Position numbers and translations under genes: made by a program. A stretch of DNA of 64,000 bases, from positions 30,630,001-30,694,000 of the forward strand of contig NW_024704743.1 in the NCBI RefSeq assembly GCF_018977255.1, in the 5' to 3' direction. Under the pieces are notes generated by a model, which did no database searches, was not told the DNA's origin, and was given only the letters and a program-made list of their open reading frames with translations. This document shows positions 37,051-50,743 of the stretch, piece after piece (the first letter of the stretch is position 1; every line of letters starts with the position of its first letter). The stretch is from Callorhinchus milii. Its lineage: Eukaryota.

Positions 37051-38393
37051 GGGTGCCTTTGGGAGCAATGAAAATTCACCTCAACAACTAACCCTTAAAG
37101 GATAACCCAGGGTTCCAACATCTGATCATACTTCAGTGCTCCCCTACTAGAGCATACAGTGTATGTACATGGATATAATAACAATAATAATAATCCTTGC
37201 ATTTGATTTGGCGCCTTATCACGTCATCGAGACATCTCAAAGCACTTCACAGGAGATACTGTAAAGTGGATTGACTGTATTTTGTAGGCAGGTAAAATAT
37301 AATTGTAATAATAATTCATACACCACCTTACCACATTATTGAAACATCTTAATGTAGTGACTGTCTATTTGTAAGTGAACGAGGCAGCCAATGTGCGAAC
37401 AGTTCATCCAACAATGTAGCATGCCCCAGGACTGTACTAGAGAGTCAGCCTAGATCGAAGTTAGCTGTGAATTTCTTATAAAGAAACTCTGTTAAATAAC
37501 ACAAATTAGACCCTTTGATCTTATCTTCTTGGGATATATAATTAAGGTGAAAGTTTGGTTAGAAAGTATGGATCAATACTGGCTTCAGCCTCTGCTGGTA
37601 AAATATCCATGAACTTAAAATACAATTTTACATTTATATGAGGCGCCTTTCACATTGCGAAAACATCCCAAAGCACTTAACATTTCTGGCTAGTGGGTGG
37701 GAACCGAGGGAGATGGGGAGGGAAAAGATCACCAAAAGATGGTCAAAGAGGTAGGTCTCCAGACTGATTTTGAATGAGGTAAGGTAGGGAACTTCCCAAG
37801 ATATTAGCAACTTGGTGTAAAAAACAGCACTTCTCTCCCCTTCCTCCCATACTAGCACCTTGTCCCCCTCACCACCCCCAACACCAGCACCTCCCCCCAG
37901 TATCCTCCTTGGTGTTGAGCTGACTAAAGTCCAGCAGTATTCCCAATTCACCCAATGCACAGTCATGGTCCCCTAGTGCTTAATCTTAGCTCTGCCAACC
38001 TGCACCTAATAGTCTCTGGTATTAGGAAAGCATTCTCTCCTAGATTCCACACTTGTGAAAATTTCCTGGCATACATACGTGGAACTCTCTGCTTGGTTTA
38101 GATACTCTTAGGCATAGGGATGGGTTCCCAGCCAACCAACCCCCACCCCCCCAGTCCCAATACCAGTACACACAACCAATAAAACAATAAACCATTATGA
38201 AACAGAAATGTATTCTCCATCTTACCCAGTGCTACAGATGCAAAGAACAGTGCAATTTCACCACTAGTGATGAAGCGTCCTTTAGATTACCTGAGAAGTC
38301 ACCGAGGACAACTGCTCAGCCACCAATCAAAACATAGCCACGACCCTAGATCACGTGAGCTCATCAAAACAAACCCCTCATCCCAAACTATAG

Positions 38394-38495
38394 CTCAGAC
38401 TGGGTGTGAACTCAACGGGAGAGACAGGCACCAGACTGGGTGTGAACTCATTGGGATGGACAGTGTTACCACCGGTATGAACTCACTGGGATAAT
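38394..38495. repeat. Three-unit degenerate minisatellite (about 35 bp unit)
   Basis: cagactgggtgtgaactca..ggga.ggacag repeated three times with divergence. Confidence 0.8.
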
Positions 38496-40139
38496 CGGAC
38501 ACCTTGGCTGAATCCCCACAGTGAGACCACTAGGTTAATGAAAGGCCACACAGCTGCACGATACCAGAGAAAGCAGATGGCTTGATACATATTTAAAGTG
38601 CAATCTGCCTACCTAATGTACTCTCCAGCACATCAACTGTGACAACCACAAATATCACATCAATATAAGCTGGGAACCTGCAATACTTAAATGCGTGAAA
38701 AAGAGACCTGAAGTGGAGTCACCTGTACGGTCCAGAACAGAGCAATTACTCTAAGGCCATACCTGACTGATGCTTTTATGAGTGTGAAGGAAGAGTTCAG
38801 GGTTCCAATAGTCTGGAAAGTGGGCTTAATGAAAAGGGAGGTTGCAACCAACCGGTATCAGTAGCATAGATATGATGTGCTGGATGGCCCCTCCAGTGCT
38901 GAATATAACAAATCCTTGCATTTGATATACCATCTTATCATGTCGTTGAGATGTCTCAAAGCGCTTCACAGAATATGCTGTAAAGTGGATTGCCTGTATT
39001 TTGTGGGCGAGGGGAACAATTCAGTGGTGTAATAGGAGCATGATGGGAATTCTGTGGCATTCTAGGAGGATAGGAATGTGTTCTCTGGTTTGGCTTTCAC
39101 CGACCTTACAGCTTGGGAGACTTCCAAACAAGAGAACACGGACTCAACCTCTTGAGGAGGGAAAATGAACGGATAGTTCAAGTTTAATAACTTTACACAT
39201 TTTGTACTGAATACATGGAACAGGTGAACCAGGGAGGCAGATTGCAAATTCAAGAGGGAATAAAATATCTGCAGTCTTTGCTGAAGATTTTAATTGAGAG
39301 GGTTTGAGAGATTAAAGGTATGATAGGGAACGTGGCCGACCAGATGGGCCAAAGTGGTATTTTCCATCCAGACATTCAAATCCCATGCACGCAGACTCTA
39401 AACCCCAATCTAATCCAGTGCTCATCCTTTCTGTGCTCATGTGGAATTGATAAATAACACTTTTGTTTTAATGGACGCTATGACTTCACCAAACAACCGG
39501 TTATTTTGCAGGATTCTGTGGTGCCTGGGCTGGTACACTTCAAAACAAACTTTCTTCACTATTTGACGATATATGACTAGCTAGCGTTACTGACAAGAGT
39601 TCCAATAAGCACGTTTTCTTTCTCTCTAAAAATTCATCCTTTTTCCCCCCTCACTGAATGGGAACTGGACCAGCCCTCAATGAGACGAGATTCAACCAAA
39701 TGTAATCATGCTGTGGACTGGGGAACAGCAGCCTCCGCACATCAAATGAAAGCTCCCGGATAGGAATCAGACTGCTATATTCAAGTTCCGCAGAAAGTTT
39801 ACTAGGTCAATGTGTTTCTGGACATTAGCCAGCCAGACTGCATGTGTCGGCAGCTGAACAGGACAACATTAGACTTGAGACGCCTGCTTACCTGCTCAGT
39901 GTCTCCCGTTCTAGAACCTGCTATAATAAAACCATTGGAATGCAGACCTCGTTGACAGAAATAATACACACTTGACAGAAGGCAGGCAACACAGGAACCG
40001 TGCTACTCTTGAACCAACCACAATTTAACTGTGCTGTCGAGGTGCTATTGCCCTTTCGCATCTTGATGCAACACACTGGAGGTTTACAGAGCTTAAGCAC
40101 TCAAAAACACTATCCCTTGTAAAGAGCACTGTATAACAT

Positions 40140-40301
40140 TTTCAATCTACAACTGTTTGTGGGACATTGCTGTGCGCAATTGGCTGCCGCGTTCACCCAC
40201 AAATATACAGTCAATTCACTTTACAGTGTGTTTTGTGAAGCACTTTGGGACGTCCTCCCGACGTGAGAAGCGCTATATCAAATGCAAGGATTATTATTAT
40301 A
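40140..40301 (+). mobile_element. 5'-truncated tRNA-SINE, tail variant B
   Basis: SINE body with tail ttgggacgtcctcccgacgtgagaagcgctatatc. Confidence 0.9.
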
Positions 40302-40669
40302 AATGAAAGTTGTTGTTCATGTCGGTGCACATTTACACTGAGAGGCGTGAGAAAGGTTACAGTCATCGGTCTGCTCCACTCATAAACAAACTGCCCTAAA
40401 ATAACAGTTAAGAAGGGCTATGAAAAGACAAACTTTCGATTTACTCCAAATATCCAAAAGGCAAGGTGATACCAAGGAGAAATTTAAACAACTTGCATTT
40501 ACAAGGTTGCCATCTTGGAGGGCTTCACAAAGATGGGATCGGACACTGAAAAAGGGAGAGGGGAGGTGGGAGGCGATCGTAGATGTAGTTGAAGAGGATT
40601 TCAGACAGAATTTAAAGATAGTGAGGGATCAAGGTGAAGCGGTAAGGGGAGGAAGCTCCAGAGGTTAGA

Positions 40670-41830
40670 ATAATAGAACTGTAGAAACTTACAGTATAGC
40701 AAGAGACCTTTCAGGCCACCGTGTCTGTGCTGGTTCTTTTAAAAGGAATTTGTTTTGCCCTTTTCCCCATACAACAACATCTTGCACTTATATAGCGCCC
40801 TCCATGCAGGGTAGCATCTCAGAACACTTGAACATACCCGTGTTTACTTTTTTTTAGATATCTATCTAGTTTCAGTACCTTGGGACGTCCTCCACTCCCT
40901 GATTACCCCAGTCCTTGCCAGACTGCACTGGCTGCCTGTCCCAGAGAGGATGACTTCAAGATCCTCACTCTTGTCTTCAAATCCCTCCACTCCTCTGCAC
41001 CTCCCTACCTCTCTGACCTCCTCTCTCCTCATAACAGTGCCTGTTGCCTTCGCTCCTCTGGGTCTGGCCTCCGCCTTGTCCCCCGAATCCTCCGCTCCAC
41101 CATCGGCAGCCATCCCTTTAGCCACTACACTCCGAGGCTCTGGAACTCCCTTCCTCACTTCCTTCACCTCGTCCCCCCTCTTCCTATTTTCAGATCTCGG
41201 CTGAAGACCTTTATTTTCGACCGTGCCTTTGGTCACCTTCTTCCCCCTCCCCCTGGCTCGGCCCCGCTCTGAGACGCCGTCCGGCATGGAGGGCGCTATA
41301 TAAATCCAAGTTGTTGTTGTCCTCCAGACATGAAAGGCACAATACAAATGTAATCTTATTGGTATAGTTCCCTTTTGAAAGTCAATATGGATTCTGCCTC
41401 AACCACCACTCCCAGCACAGCAATCCATATCCTGACTACTCTCTGTGCTGTAATAATTCTCCAAACCTTCCCTTTGCTTGTTTGCTAACTATCTTAAATT
41501 GATGCCCTTTAGTCACTGACTCAGTGATCAGTGGAAATAATTTCTCTCCATTGACTATCAAAACTCCTTATAAATTTGAAGACCTCTTTCAGATCACCCT
41601 CTCAATCTTCTTTGTTTGAACAGAAAAAGTCCCAAACCACTCATTCCTGGTATCATCCAAGTCAATCTCATTTGCATCCCCTCTTTTCCCCTTCATAATA
41701 ATATAACTGCAGTTGAACTAATGATTTATCTAAGTTAAGCATTACCTTTTGGTTTTATATTGTATACCCCTATTTAAGCCTAGGATTCCATTTACTTTCT
41801 TGACAGTTTTGTCCGCCTGCTTTCAGGCTT
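40670..41830 (-). mobile_element. CR1 3' fragment split by nested L2 insertions (40771-41360)
   Basis: 40670-40770 is the CR1 3' UTR ending ttttccccata; resumes at about 41365 with ttcccttttgaaagt, collinear with the uninterrupted copy at 51526-51838. Confidence 0.85.
40895..41320 (+). mobile_element. L2 3' fragment with target-site duplication
   Basis: FKILTLVFKSLHSSAPPYLSDLL..LRSSG..PRLWNSLP..FRSRLKTFIF; TSD gtcctcca at 40887-40894 and 41319-41326. Confidence 0.95.
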
Positions 41831-42549
41831 TCATGAAAGGAAGATGCCTCAGCCTCAAAGCTCTTCACAGGATTTATTAATGATTTATAAATTAGATTCT
41901 TGAAGATAAATGCTTTAGGTGCTTTAGACAAATTTAATAATAATCATCCTTGCAATTGATATAGCACCTTATCACGTCTTTGTGATGTAGCAAAGTTCTT
42001 CACAGAATACACTGTGAAGTGAACAGACTGTGTATTTTGTGGGCGAAACGCGGCAACCAATTGCGCCAAACAGACAAATTTAAGTAATAAAGGTAGGGAG
42101 AAAGAACAGGAAACAAATATAAGTGAAGGGAAGACAGAAGTTTAAGATTGTGCTTTGTTTATTTTTGCAGCTTAGTGTTAATGTTACTGTAATAAAGCAA
42201 CTCTTGCCATTTGAGTAGCTTTATTACTGTAATTATACGGTTTGTTTCAACGTCACGGTGTGTGAGTTAAAGAGGTAAAACAAAATCAGTCAGGCCAGAG
42301 AAACTGAAATTTCCCAGGACCTGGCAACACTCCAAGGGGTAAGAACAGAAACGATTATCTTGATAAATGTAGAATTTGACATGAATTATTTTGGGGCTGA
42401 CAAAACAATGAAAGGATTATTTCAGCACAAGCATCACACTGAAAGCTTATTTTAAAACACTACAATCATCATATCTGAGATATGTTGAAGGAAGCATATT
42501 TTAGATTGGGGTCACTAAGAAGATCTGACTGACAGATATGGGGAAGAAA

Positions 42550-42870
42550 TACAACAACTTGCATTTATATAGTGCCCTTTATAGTGCCCTTCATGCGGGT
42601 AGCCTACCAGAGTGCTTGATAGTGCCGGTCTGACAACGAGCCAGAGGAGGTGACTGTAAGCGCAATGGTAAAGGAAGGTTGTTAGGTGAGATTTGAAGGT
42701 GGGGAGGCAGACATCAAGGCGGAGTGTTTGAGAGATCGAGTTCCAACGTTTCGGGGTGTAGTGTCTGAAAACATGGCCACCGATGGTGGAGCGGAGAGGA
42801 CTAGGAACAAACAGGAGCCCTGAGCCAGCCAAGCAAAGGCAGTGGGTGGTGGAGTGGGGGGTAAGCAGGA
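42550..42870 (-). mobile_element. L2 3' fragment
   Basis: ORF 42515-42877: GSGLLFVP..RSTIGGHVF..WNSI..FKSHLTTFL. Confidence 0.9.
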
Positions 42871-43900
42871 ATCTCACCTGGGTCCAGATTTACTCTATTT
42901 CTAAAAGAGAGCAATTCAAAAAGAGAAAGGTGTTTCACCCAGTGTCCTGACCAACAATCCCTCAGATTACATTGGTTGCTCACTCCATGGCTGTTTGTGG
43001 GATACAACTGTGTGCAAATTAGCTCACACATCCGTCTACATTGATTAGATTGACTGCAACAACTCTACACATACGAATCTTCACGAAGAGTGGAGTGTAA
43101 AACTGGCATCTAAAAGCACAGTTAATATAAGATTTATTTTAATTAATCTAAGATTACTGAACTAGAGGGTGGGTTTGAGGGCGAAATTAAGATGCAAAGG
43201 GAGACTGGAAATGAAATGGATTTACAGTGCATGAGAAGGACCCTCAACAGAAACAGTTAATGGTGTGCCGATGAACACTTCTGAAAGAGAGATGGTTTAT
43301 GAGCATAATTGAAGGTTGTAAGAGAAAAAGATGGACGATCAAACACATGAAACTGTACACGCCTCACATGCTGTTGGTACTACAGGTGTCTCAGGTGTAG
43401 AACGTAACTGATTTGTATTGAAGATTAGGAGTCATAAGATGGGCCAATAGAAAAGTGTGGGAGCACTTTTTCCCGCATTTTCTGTTATGATGGCCCTCGC
43501 CTACTACAAATCCACTACAAATAGCTCCTCAGGTACTAACCTTTACCTACAGTGCTACAGACCTACCTACAGACCCCAGGCCCCTTGCGCTGTTTGCTCA
43601 AAGCCGCAATATGGCCGGAGCAGCTCCAATCGTGCACGTACAAGGCGGTGAATTTGGGGATCACGGAAGCGGCATGTAGCGGGAAATCAACTTCACTGAT
43701 GAGTAAACCTCGATAGTAAAAGCAGTCGCGTCACACTACCACGACAAATTCTTGGTAAGTGCTGTACGATTCAAATTAAAATATTTAGTATTTTAAAAAT
43801 AACTACACTTTCAGGAAATATATACCTATAGTTTTAATCAGGGCTGTTGCACTCTGCATGTTGTAAAATACAAAAATGTTCATACGTTTTTGTAAATCCT

Positions 43901-45000
43901 GTGAGGAAGGCAAGGGCTTGCACGTCTCATTTTACGTCTGTGCCTCAGTTAGATTTGTACTCTATCCAGATGACCTTTATGAAGAAGGGGGGGCAATTGT
44001 TTTGCCACACTTGCTGTCACACAATTGACCATGTTCGCAAGTACACCATTGATGAGCACATGAAATCTCAGAAACATTGTGAATGCAAAGCAGCAGCAAT
44101 AAAGAAAAAACGAAGGTAAAATACTTTTGATATATACAATATTAAATGAAAATGTATCATTATTTTCTTTCATGTTAATTTTGGAAGAAAATCTTAATTT
44201 GTATGATTACAAACGTTAATCTCCCTCCTTTTTGATTGAATTTTAAAGTCATATAAAACAACCACAGCAAACAAAAACAAATAGACAGAACATTTATAAT
44301 GACAAATAACATAACATAACATGTAGGAGCAGGAGTAGGCCATTCGGCCCTTCGAGCCTGCCCCGCCATTCAATCATGGCTGATCTTCTAATCTAACTCC
44401 AGCTAATAACCTATCCCTGCCTTATCCCCATATCCCTTGCAATAAGAAATATATCTATCTCAGGCTTGAATATGTTCAAGGACTGAGCGTCAACAGCGAT
44501 TTGGGGTAGCGAGTTCCATACATTCACCATCCTTTGAGTGAAGGAAGTTCTTCCTCAACTCAGTGCAAAAGAGCTGACCTCTGATTTTAAGGTTGTGACC
44601 CCTGGTTTTAGTTTCTCCAACCAGGGGAAACAATCTCCCACTATCTACTCTATCATGCCTTTTGATGATCTTATAGGTTTCTAAATGCATCATGAAGACC
44701 AATGTTTATTTATTTATTTATAGGTGGATCTAGACCTCAAAGACAACTTGCTCTGATAATCTGCTTCTCTAGAGCCACTGCATCATCTATGGAGAGGAAA
44801 GAATTCATATTGGACTTTGTGCGGGTTTGACTAGAGCAGACATACCGCTTGAAAAAGCTCCTACCTTTCAAGAGTTTCTATGTAAGTACAAGAAACAGGG
44901 AGGGACTATTCCAAAACACCATCACAGCTTTGTAATACATACTTAAAGGAGCTTATTCCTGAGCATGTAGCATTTTTTTCAAGAAACACGTTGAAGACAC
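43901..45000 (+). pseudogene. Frameshifted two-exon CGGBP1-like transposase N-terminus (43901-44115, 44724-about 45000)
   Basis: LYPDDLYEEGG/QLFCHTCCHTIDHVRKYTIDEHMKSQKH matches CGGBP1 LHEDGGKLFCTSCNVVLNHVRKSAISDHLKSKTH; FILDFVRV/LTRADIPLEKA..FL.K..KQGGTIPK/PSQLCNTYL matches VIQDFVKMCLEANIPLEKA..FLSRHVKNGGSIPKSDQLRRAYL (CGGBP1 recalled from memory). Confidence 0.88.
44307..44682 (-). mobile_element. CR1 3' fragment inside the intron of the CGGBP-like gene
   Basis: ORF 44490-44702: ETYKII..DRVDSGRLFPLVGETKTRGHNLKIRG..TELRKNF; 3' UTR ggagcaggagtaggccattcggccc. Confidence 0.95.
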
Positions 45001-45737
45001 AGATGTAGGTTAACAGCAAAATGCATCTCTCAGTAGCACCAATTAGACACCCGCAATTTTCCGCAAAGTCAAATTCTTTCCTCTGCAACGCCCCCCAAAC
45101 AAAAGAGCGAGGCTGGGGAAAGTCACATAGGGAGGGAGGTGTATGGCCACAGAGGTGAGAGTGAGGAGCTTGAAGTCGATCATTTGGGAGACGGTGCAAA
45201 CTGGAGAGAACTGGGGGCGATGGGTACACAAAGATTTGTGCAGGTCAGTATTTGAGCAACAAGAGTTTGAGATGAGCACCAGTATATTATTAAAGTGATC
45301 CCACACTAACTGAAATCTAATTATCAAGAATCCTGCTGAGAATATACCCGAAATGTATTGTTTCTTGATTATTATTGCCAGCAATCAACAGGAACTCAAG
45401 GGAAATTACAGTTACAAATATGTCTTTAAAACTATCTTTAACAAAAAGTTGGCACTGAACATCCAAATTGTCGTTTGCACTCCCAACCATTGTGGCAACG
45501 TTTTAAGTTGAAATTTTTACTTAGCTCAGGGTCTGGGAAAGAATTGTTCTTGGTGGCCTAACCGAAGATTTCCACGAACAAGAGTGAAACTGGGATCAAA
45601 ATGAAGCTGACTTAAAACCAGGCCTTAGAGAGCTCTGAAGTGGAATGGACCGTGGAATTGCACAGCCATGGCAATGGTGGCACATTTCAAGCATTGCAAA
45701 TACAAACCCTGAAAACTGGTCGTCACAATTCGTATTA

Positions 45738-46140
45738 TAACAACAACAACTTGTATTTATATAGCGCCCTCCACACTGGGCGGCATCCTAGAGCACTTAA
45801 CGATGGTGGAGCTCGATGCTGAGCCAGGGGGAAGGTTGAAGAGGAAGGTCTTCAGATGCAACCTGAAAATGGGGAAAGAGAAGGCAAGGTGAAGGGATTG
45901 AGGGAGGGACTTCCATAGCTTCGGGGCGTAGTGGTTGAAGGCACGGCCGCCGCTGGTGGAACAGAGGATTCAAGGGACATGGAGGAGGCCAGAGCCAGTG
46001 GAGAGGAGGCAGCAAGTACTGCTGTGAGGAGAGAGGAGGTTGGAGAGATAGGTGGGCGCCAAGGCGTGGAGGGATTTAAACACTAGCATGAGGATTTTGA
46101 AATTGATCCACTCTGTGACAGGGAGCCAGTGGAGTTTGGC
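45738..46140 (-). mobile_element. L2 3' fragment
   Basis: LHWLPVTEWINFKILMLVFKSLHALAPTYLSNLL; tail (caa)n cttgtatttatatagcgccc. Confidence 0.92.
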
Positions 46141-49100
46141 AAATAATATACTTGTTGAGTTTGGGCAACAGGAGTTATGAGCGAGTACACAGGTATAAGT
46201 CACATCAGACATCCATGGTACACATTGAAGTATTTATCTCGTCACCACAGCGAGAAATTTAACCTGACTGAAGAGTAAACATCCTCCTGTTCCATATGTA
46301 AGTGCTTATGATATTTACAACATATGGAGTCTGAAAATTGTTACAATTAAGGAAGTAATCAATGTCTAGCTCACTCTCCTGGTTCCAGTGAGCACCAGGA
46401 GATCAGTGAAGCTCTGTGAATTCAAGGTTCAAACGGCAGCTTTCAAGAGATACAAAAACTTCCTTTTATGTGGCACCCTTCACATAGGATAATGCCCGAA
46501 GCGAACAGCATGTCACAGGGACAGTCAGATGTCAGATCTCCTTCGGAGTGCAAATACTTTACTTGGCATCTGACAATGGAAAAAGTACCTATATCCAACA
46601 ACACCAACTTGCACTTAAATAGCGCCCTCCACGCAGGGTAGCGTCTCAGAGCGCTTTATAGTGGTGGAACCTGACTCTGAGCCAGGAAGTTAGTTCTGAC
46701 ACAGGTCACACTCCCAGTGAACCTACATCATGTTCTTTGCAAGACGTCAATTGTCCTGGTAACCATTAATTTATGAAAACACTTTGATTTAGTTTTGGTA
46801 AACAATGTATTGAGCTTACAACCAGAAACAAATTAGAGGGAAAAATTTAAGCTCGCTCTTTGTGGGTTCAATCTATTTATTTATCACTAAGGGTTTTTCA
46901 ACTTCATCCGAAATATATTTGTTGTTTGAAGTGGCCCTCTGCAAGTTAGCTGAGCTCCCCTGGTGAATCCAATACAGACACTCTGTTGATAACTTAGCCA
47001 GAATTCCCATTCTGTCCAGAGATTTCTGCTGGAAAATGCATGTTGACATGGATATCAAATAACCTTAGATTGCTCGGGTTCAAATATGACTGACCGCTTC
47101 ACTGTAGAATTACACAGAAGGTTACAGAAACAGACCATTTGACCCAACTAGTCTATATCAGTGTTTATACTCCACATGATCCTTATTCCTCTCTCTCACC
47201 CCTCTGTTCCCCTTGCTCTCATGTAAGCATCAAGCATAGGAAGGTCAGCTCCCATGTCACTGTCCCTTTGTAAGAATCACCACATTCAGTACAGAGTAGG
47301 GGAAGAACACAGAGAAGCTTCATTGAAAATGTGGTTTAACTTGCAATATTTCTTATTATAAAAAATGTCATTTTCAAATTTCTGAAATGCTAAATTTGCT
47401 GAAAGAGTACTTTCTTTGCATCAGATGTTTTGGAAATTCCACATTTAAATATTTCTTATTAAATGGATTCTTAAGAAATGTGTTAAGAAATATTACAAAC
47501 TAGTCCCCAGTGAGTAACAATTTCCTCCAAGCTTTTGAAACTAAATGAATTTGTTTTAAAACAGACTGTAGTAAATTCTAATGTAATTACATCAATTACA
47601 GATCTTTTTCTAAATGATTCAAAGAATTGCATCTTTGTGCAGTTTGCAAATTTCAAATCTCTCCAGTTATATACCAGCCTTGAAACCCAATGCTGGTCAA
47701 TCATTATGGTATATAAATATTACCAGACATGCAGAGTAGCTTGCAGGCACAAAGGTTGTGGGCCTGTAACAGTCCAATAGCTATGTTGTTCATTTGTTCC
47801 CCTAAAACTAATAGCTTTAAAAAAAAGTTTAGTTTTCAATACTTGTGAAACTGTCAGCAGTAAAAAAAATCTGTACACTTAATACAACTCATTTTCACAT
47901 CATCAAAATGTCTCAAAGCGTTTTGCATGATTTTACTGTTGAGTACAGTGACTGGATAAGTGGTCGTTTCAAATGTGCTAGAAATTGGGAGAAAGAAGAT
48001 TTCATTTCTGGTAAGAGAAATGTTAGCCCAAATAGCCTTGTACTGTTGTAGTATTGCAGTTCAGCCATTAGAGGCACTAAAACACTACTGTTCTAGCGGC
48101 TGCTAGTGGTTACACCGAACACTGCACCCCAACAGTGGTTTGAAATCTGAAGTAGCACACTTGCATAGAATTAAGAAATTCTGTAATAACTAACATGACC
48201 TTTAAGGAGGGACAAAGATTAATGCAGCTTCAAAACTCTTATCATTATTTGTTGAGACTACCAGATGTACACTTATTCCTTCGTGGCTTTTCTTTACACA
48301 GACTTCACTGTATTTGCCTGAGCACAGTCAGCCTGATATTTCCCGTAGGTTCACAGCCAAGCTGGTCAGTAGAATTTTCAATCTGTGGAAGGAAGTTTAA
48401 AAATATATATATAGAAAGTTTTATTCTTACCCTGGCCTCTCACCTTCGGATGTGAACAGACTCAAACTGTGCTGTTGTTTTGTGAACAAATCCAAATCTA
48501 AAAAAAGGAGAAACATCAGATGGCAATTTAGAGGAAGTTCCAACACAAATCAACATGCTGTTCTCCCTGGTTTGGTGTTTGTTAAGGTGAATGATACCAA
48601 AGCTATGGAATGTATCACTTACTGCCCCAAATTACACCTGGTCAAAATAAAGTATGTAGGGCCATTTTTTAAGATCACACAAAACCGCGAAAAATTCTTT
48701 AATCAAGCTTTAATTTAGAAGTCGGTGTTTCTTAGGATCTGCAGTAAACTGGCTTTCAAATTAAGACTGAATTGAAGAGCTACCACAAATCTGTCCAATC
48801 TTAAACTTCAAGAAAAAATAATCTCACAGGCGAAAACCAAGTGGATTTTTTGAGCCTTTCCTCTCTATGTATTCACTCAGTGTCGATGTGAAGCACTGTC
48901 AGATCAGTACAGCACAAGTTAGATGCATGAATCTCCCTCTGCTCCATTCTCAGCATGTATCTTTACTCAAACGCAAAAGATTGTCCCCTACTGTACCAAG
49001 GTGACACATTTCTTTCTTATCCATTCTCACAGTTTCTCTGAGTGAGGTTTTCATCTATCTAGTTTTTGCACTGAATTTAATCAGCAGTACAATACAACAA

Positions 49101-50084
49101 CAATTTACATTTATATAGCGCCCTTCACGCAGGGTAGGGTCCTGGATCGCTTGACAGTGGTGAATCTGACCCCAAGCCAGGGGGAGAGGGAAGGGGGAGG
49201 TGACTGTAAGCATGTTCAAAAAGATCTTTTGGCGGGATTTGAAAGTAGGGAGGGAGGGGGCAAGGTGGAGGGAGAGAGTTCCAGAGTTTCAGGGCTTAGT
49301 GGCTGGGACCTGGCCCCTTGTCCACTCACCATGAGCTCCCCTAACACCAGTGGCTGCAAGATAATGGTCAGGGTTGGGTTTCCCCTACAACAAAATAACA
49401 TGTGCATAGCGCCTTTCAATGCCCTAACCCAGAATCTGAATCCAGGTGAGTCTTAAATATAGCTAATTGCCATTCGTCTTATCTTTGTAAAAATGTAACT
49501 TGTGTAATGAAAAATGCATGGGCATCAGCCAGTTCGGTGTTGTTTCAATTCAGGGTGAAGTGGTTTAGCACATGTAAGGCTTCAGAGAGGTCAGGCTAGG
49601 CTGCTGCAGGTGCCAGATTGAACACGAATAGTAAATTCAAAGCTGTGAAGTGGTAAACGGTTGGGCTACATAATTTATTCCTTACTTCCTTTCATCAACA
49701 AAGCATCAATTGTTTTGACAATTTAAACAGGGTACAAGTCTTCAGGTCTTTGGCTTGAGAGGAAGTAACACCCTCTCTCTGGGCTCCAGCCCTACTAGCG
49801 ACTATTTTAGATTTGCATTTGGTTGCAGCCCCAGTGAAGCTACCAATGTAGTCTGAACTTACAACAATATATTGGCTGCGGTGTTTTGCCCACAAAATAC
49901 ACAGTCGCTACATTTTACAGTATATTCTGTGAAACGCTTTGAGACGTCTTGAAGACATGATAAGGAGTTATATCAAATGCAAGGATTATTATTGTTATTG
50001 TTATCTATGCTGTGGACTTGTTCAAACTAGGAATTTATTTAAGATTTACTGTAAAATGTAGCAGTATTTTGTGGGAGATTTTTC

Positions 50085-50292
50085 TTTTTCAACAATACCA
50101 TGGAATCTTTAACCTGAACAGGGAGGTGGAACTTTAGTTTACTATCTTCTATGTAAGGTGGCACCCCCGACAATGTACCATTACCCCAACACTATATTGA
50201 AGTGTCAACCTAGAGTTTCTTAGTTCAAAGTTCCAACATGGGGCTTGAACCCACAACTTTCTGACTCAAAGGCAAGAGTGCTATGCCAGGCT
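50085..50292 (-). mobile_element. Older DeuSINE, 5' half
   Basis: ccatggaatctttaac..gacaatgtac..gggcttgaacccacaactttctgactca..gagtgcta. Confidence 0.75.
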
Positions 50293-50405
50293 GAATCTGG
50301 GCAGTAGTGAAAAGTGAAAGAAAAGTGCACCATCTCACTGTGCTACATAGTTATATATTTCCTTCCTCCCCTCTTTCCACTTCTCTTTTCCCCTTCCCTC
50401 TCCAT

Positions 50406-50743
50406 CTAATAATAATACTTGCATTTGACATAGTGCCTTATCACGTCATTGAGACATCTCAAAGTACTTCACAGAATACATTGTAAAGTGGATCGACTGT
50501 GTATTTTGTTGGTGAAACCCAGCAGTGTCCCACAAATGTGGATTGAGTGACCACATTTTTTTGAGGGATTATTACCCCCGGAAAGCGATCCGTCAATCAA
50601 CTAATAACTGGGTTCCCACTTACTGCTAGGTAAACAGTGGCATGTGGAGTAAGGAAAGTTGCCTAAGGTTTTGCCCCAGCTGGGAATCGAACCCGGGTCC
50701 TCTCAATTGTGAAGCGAGTGTGATAACCACTGTTATGGGGCTC
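50406..50743 (-). mobile_element. Near full-length tRNA-SINE
   Basis: Reverse complement of 547-924 with B box gggaatcgaaccc. Confidence 0.92.

Larger units (their letters stand above)
43455..45085 (+). mobile_element. Internally deleted hAT DNA transposon remnant of the CGGBP-related type
   Basis: CGGBP-like coding remnant flanked by CpG-containing short repeats (ctacaa/ctacag cluster 43500-43572; ccgca motifs at 43472, 43604, 45050, 45061); TIRs not resolved. Confidence 0.7.

Noticed and set aside
38394..38495. CRISPR-like repeat array
   Set aside because: Three degenerate units with related intervening sequence, eukaryotic context, no cas genes
43694..43725. Hammerhead ribozyme core CTGATGAG
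   Set aside because: No GAAA after a plausible stem II
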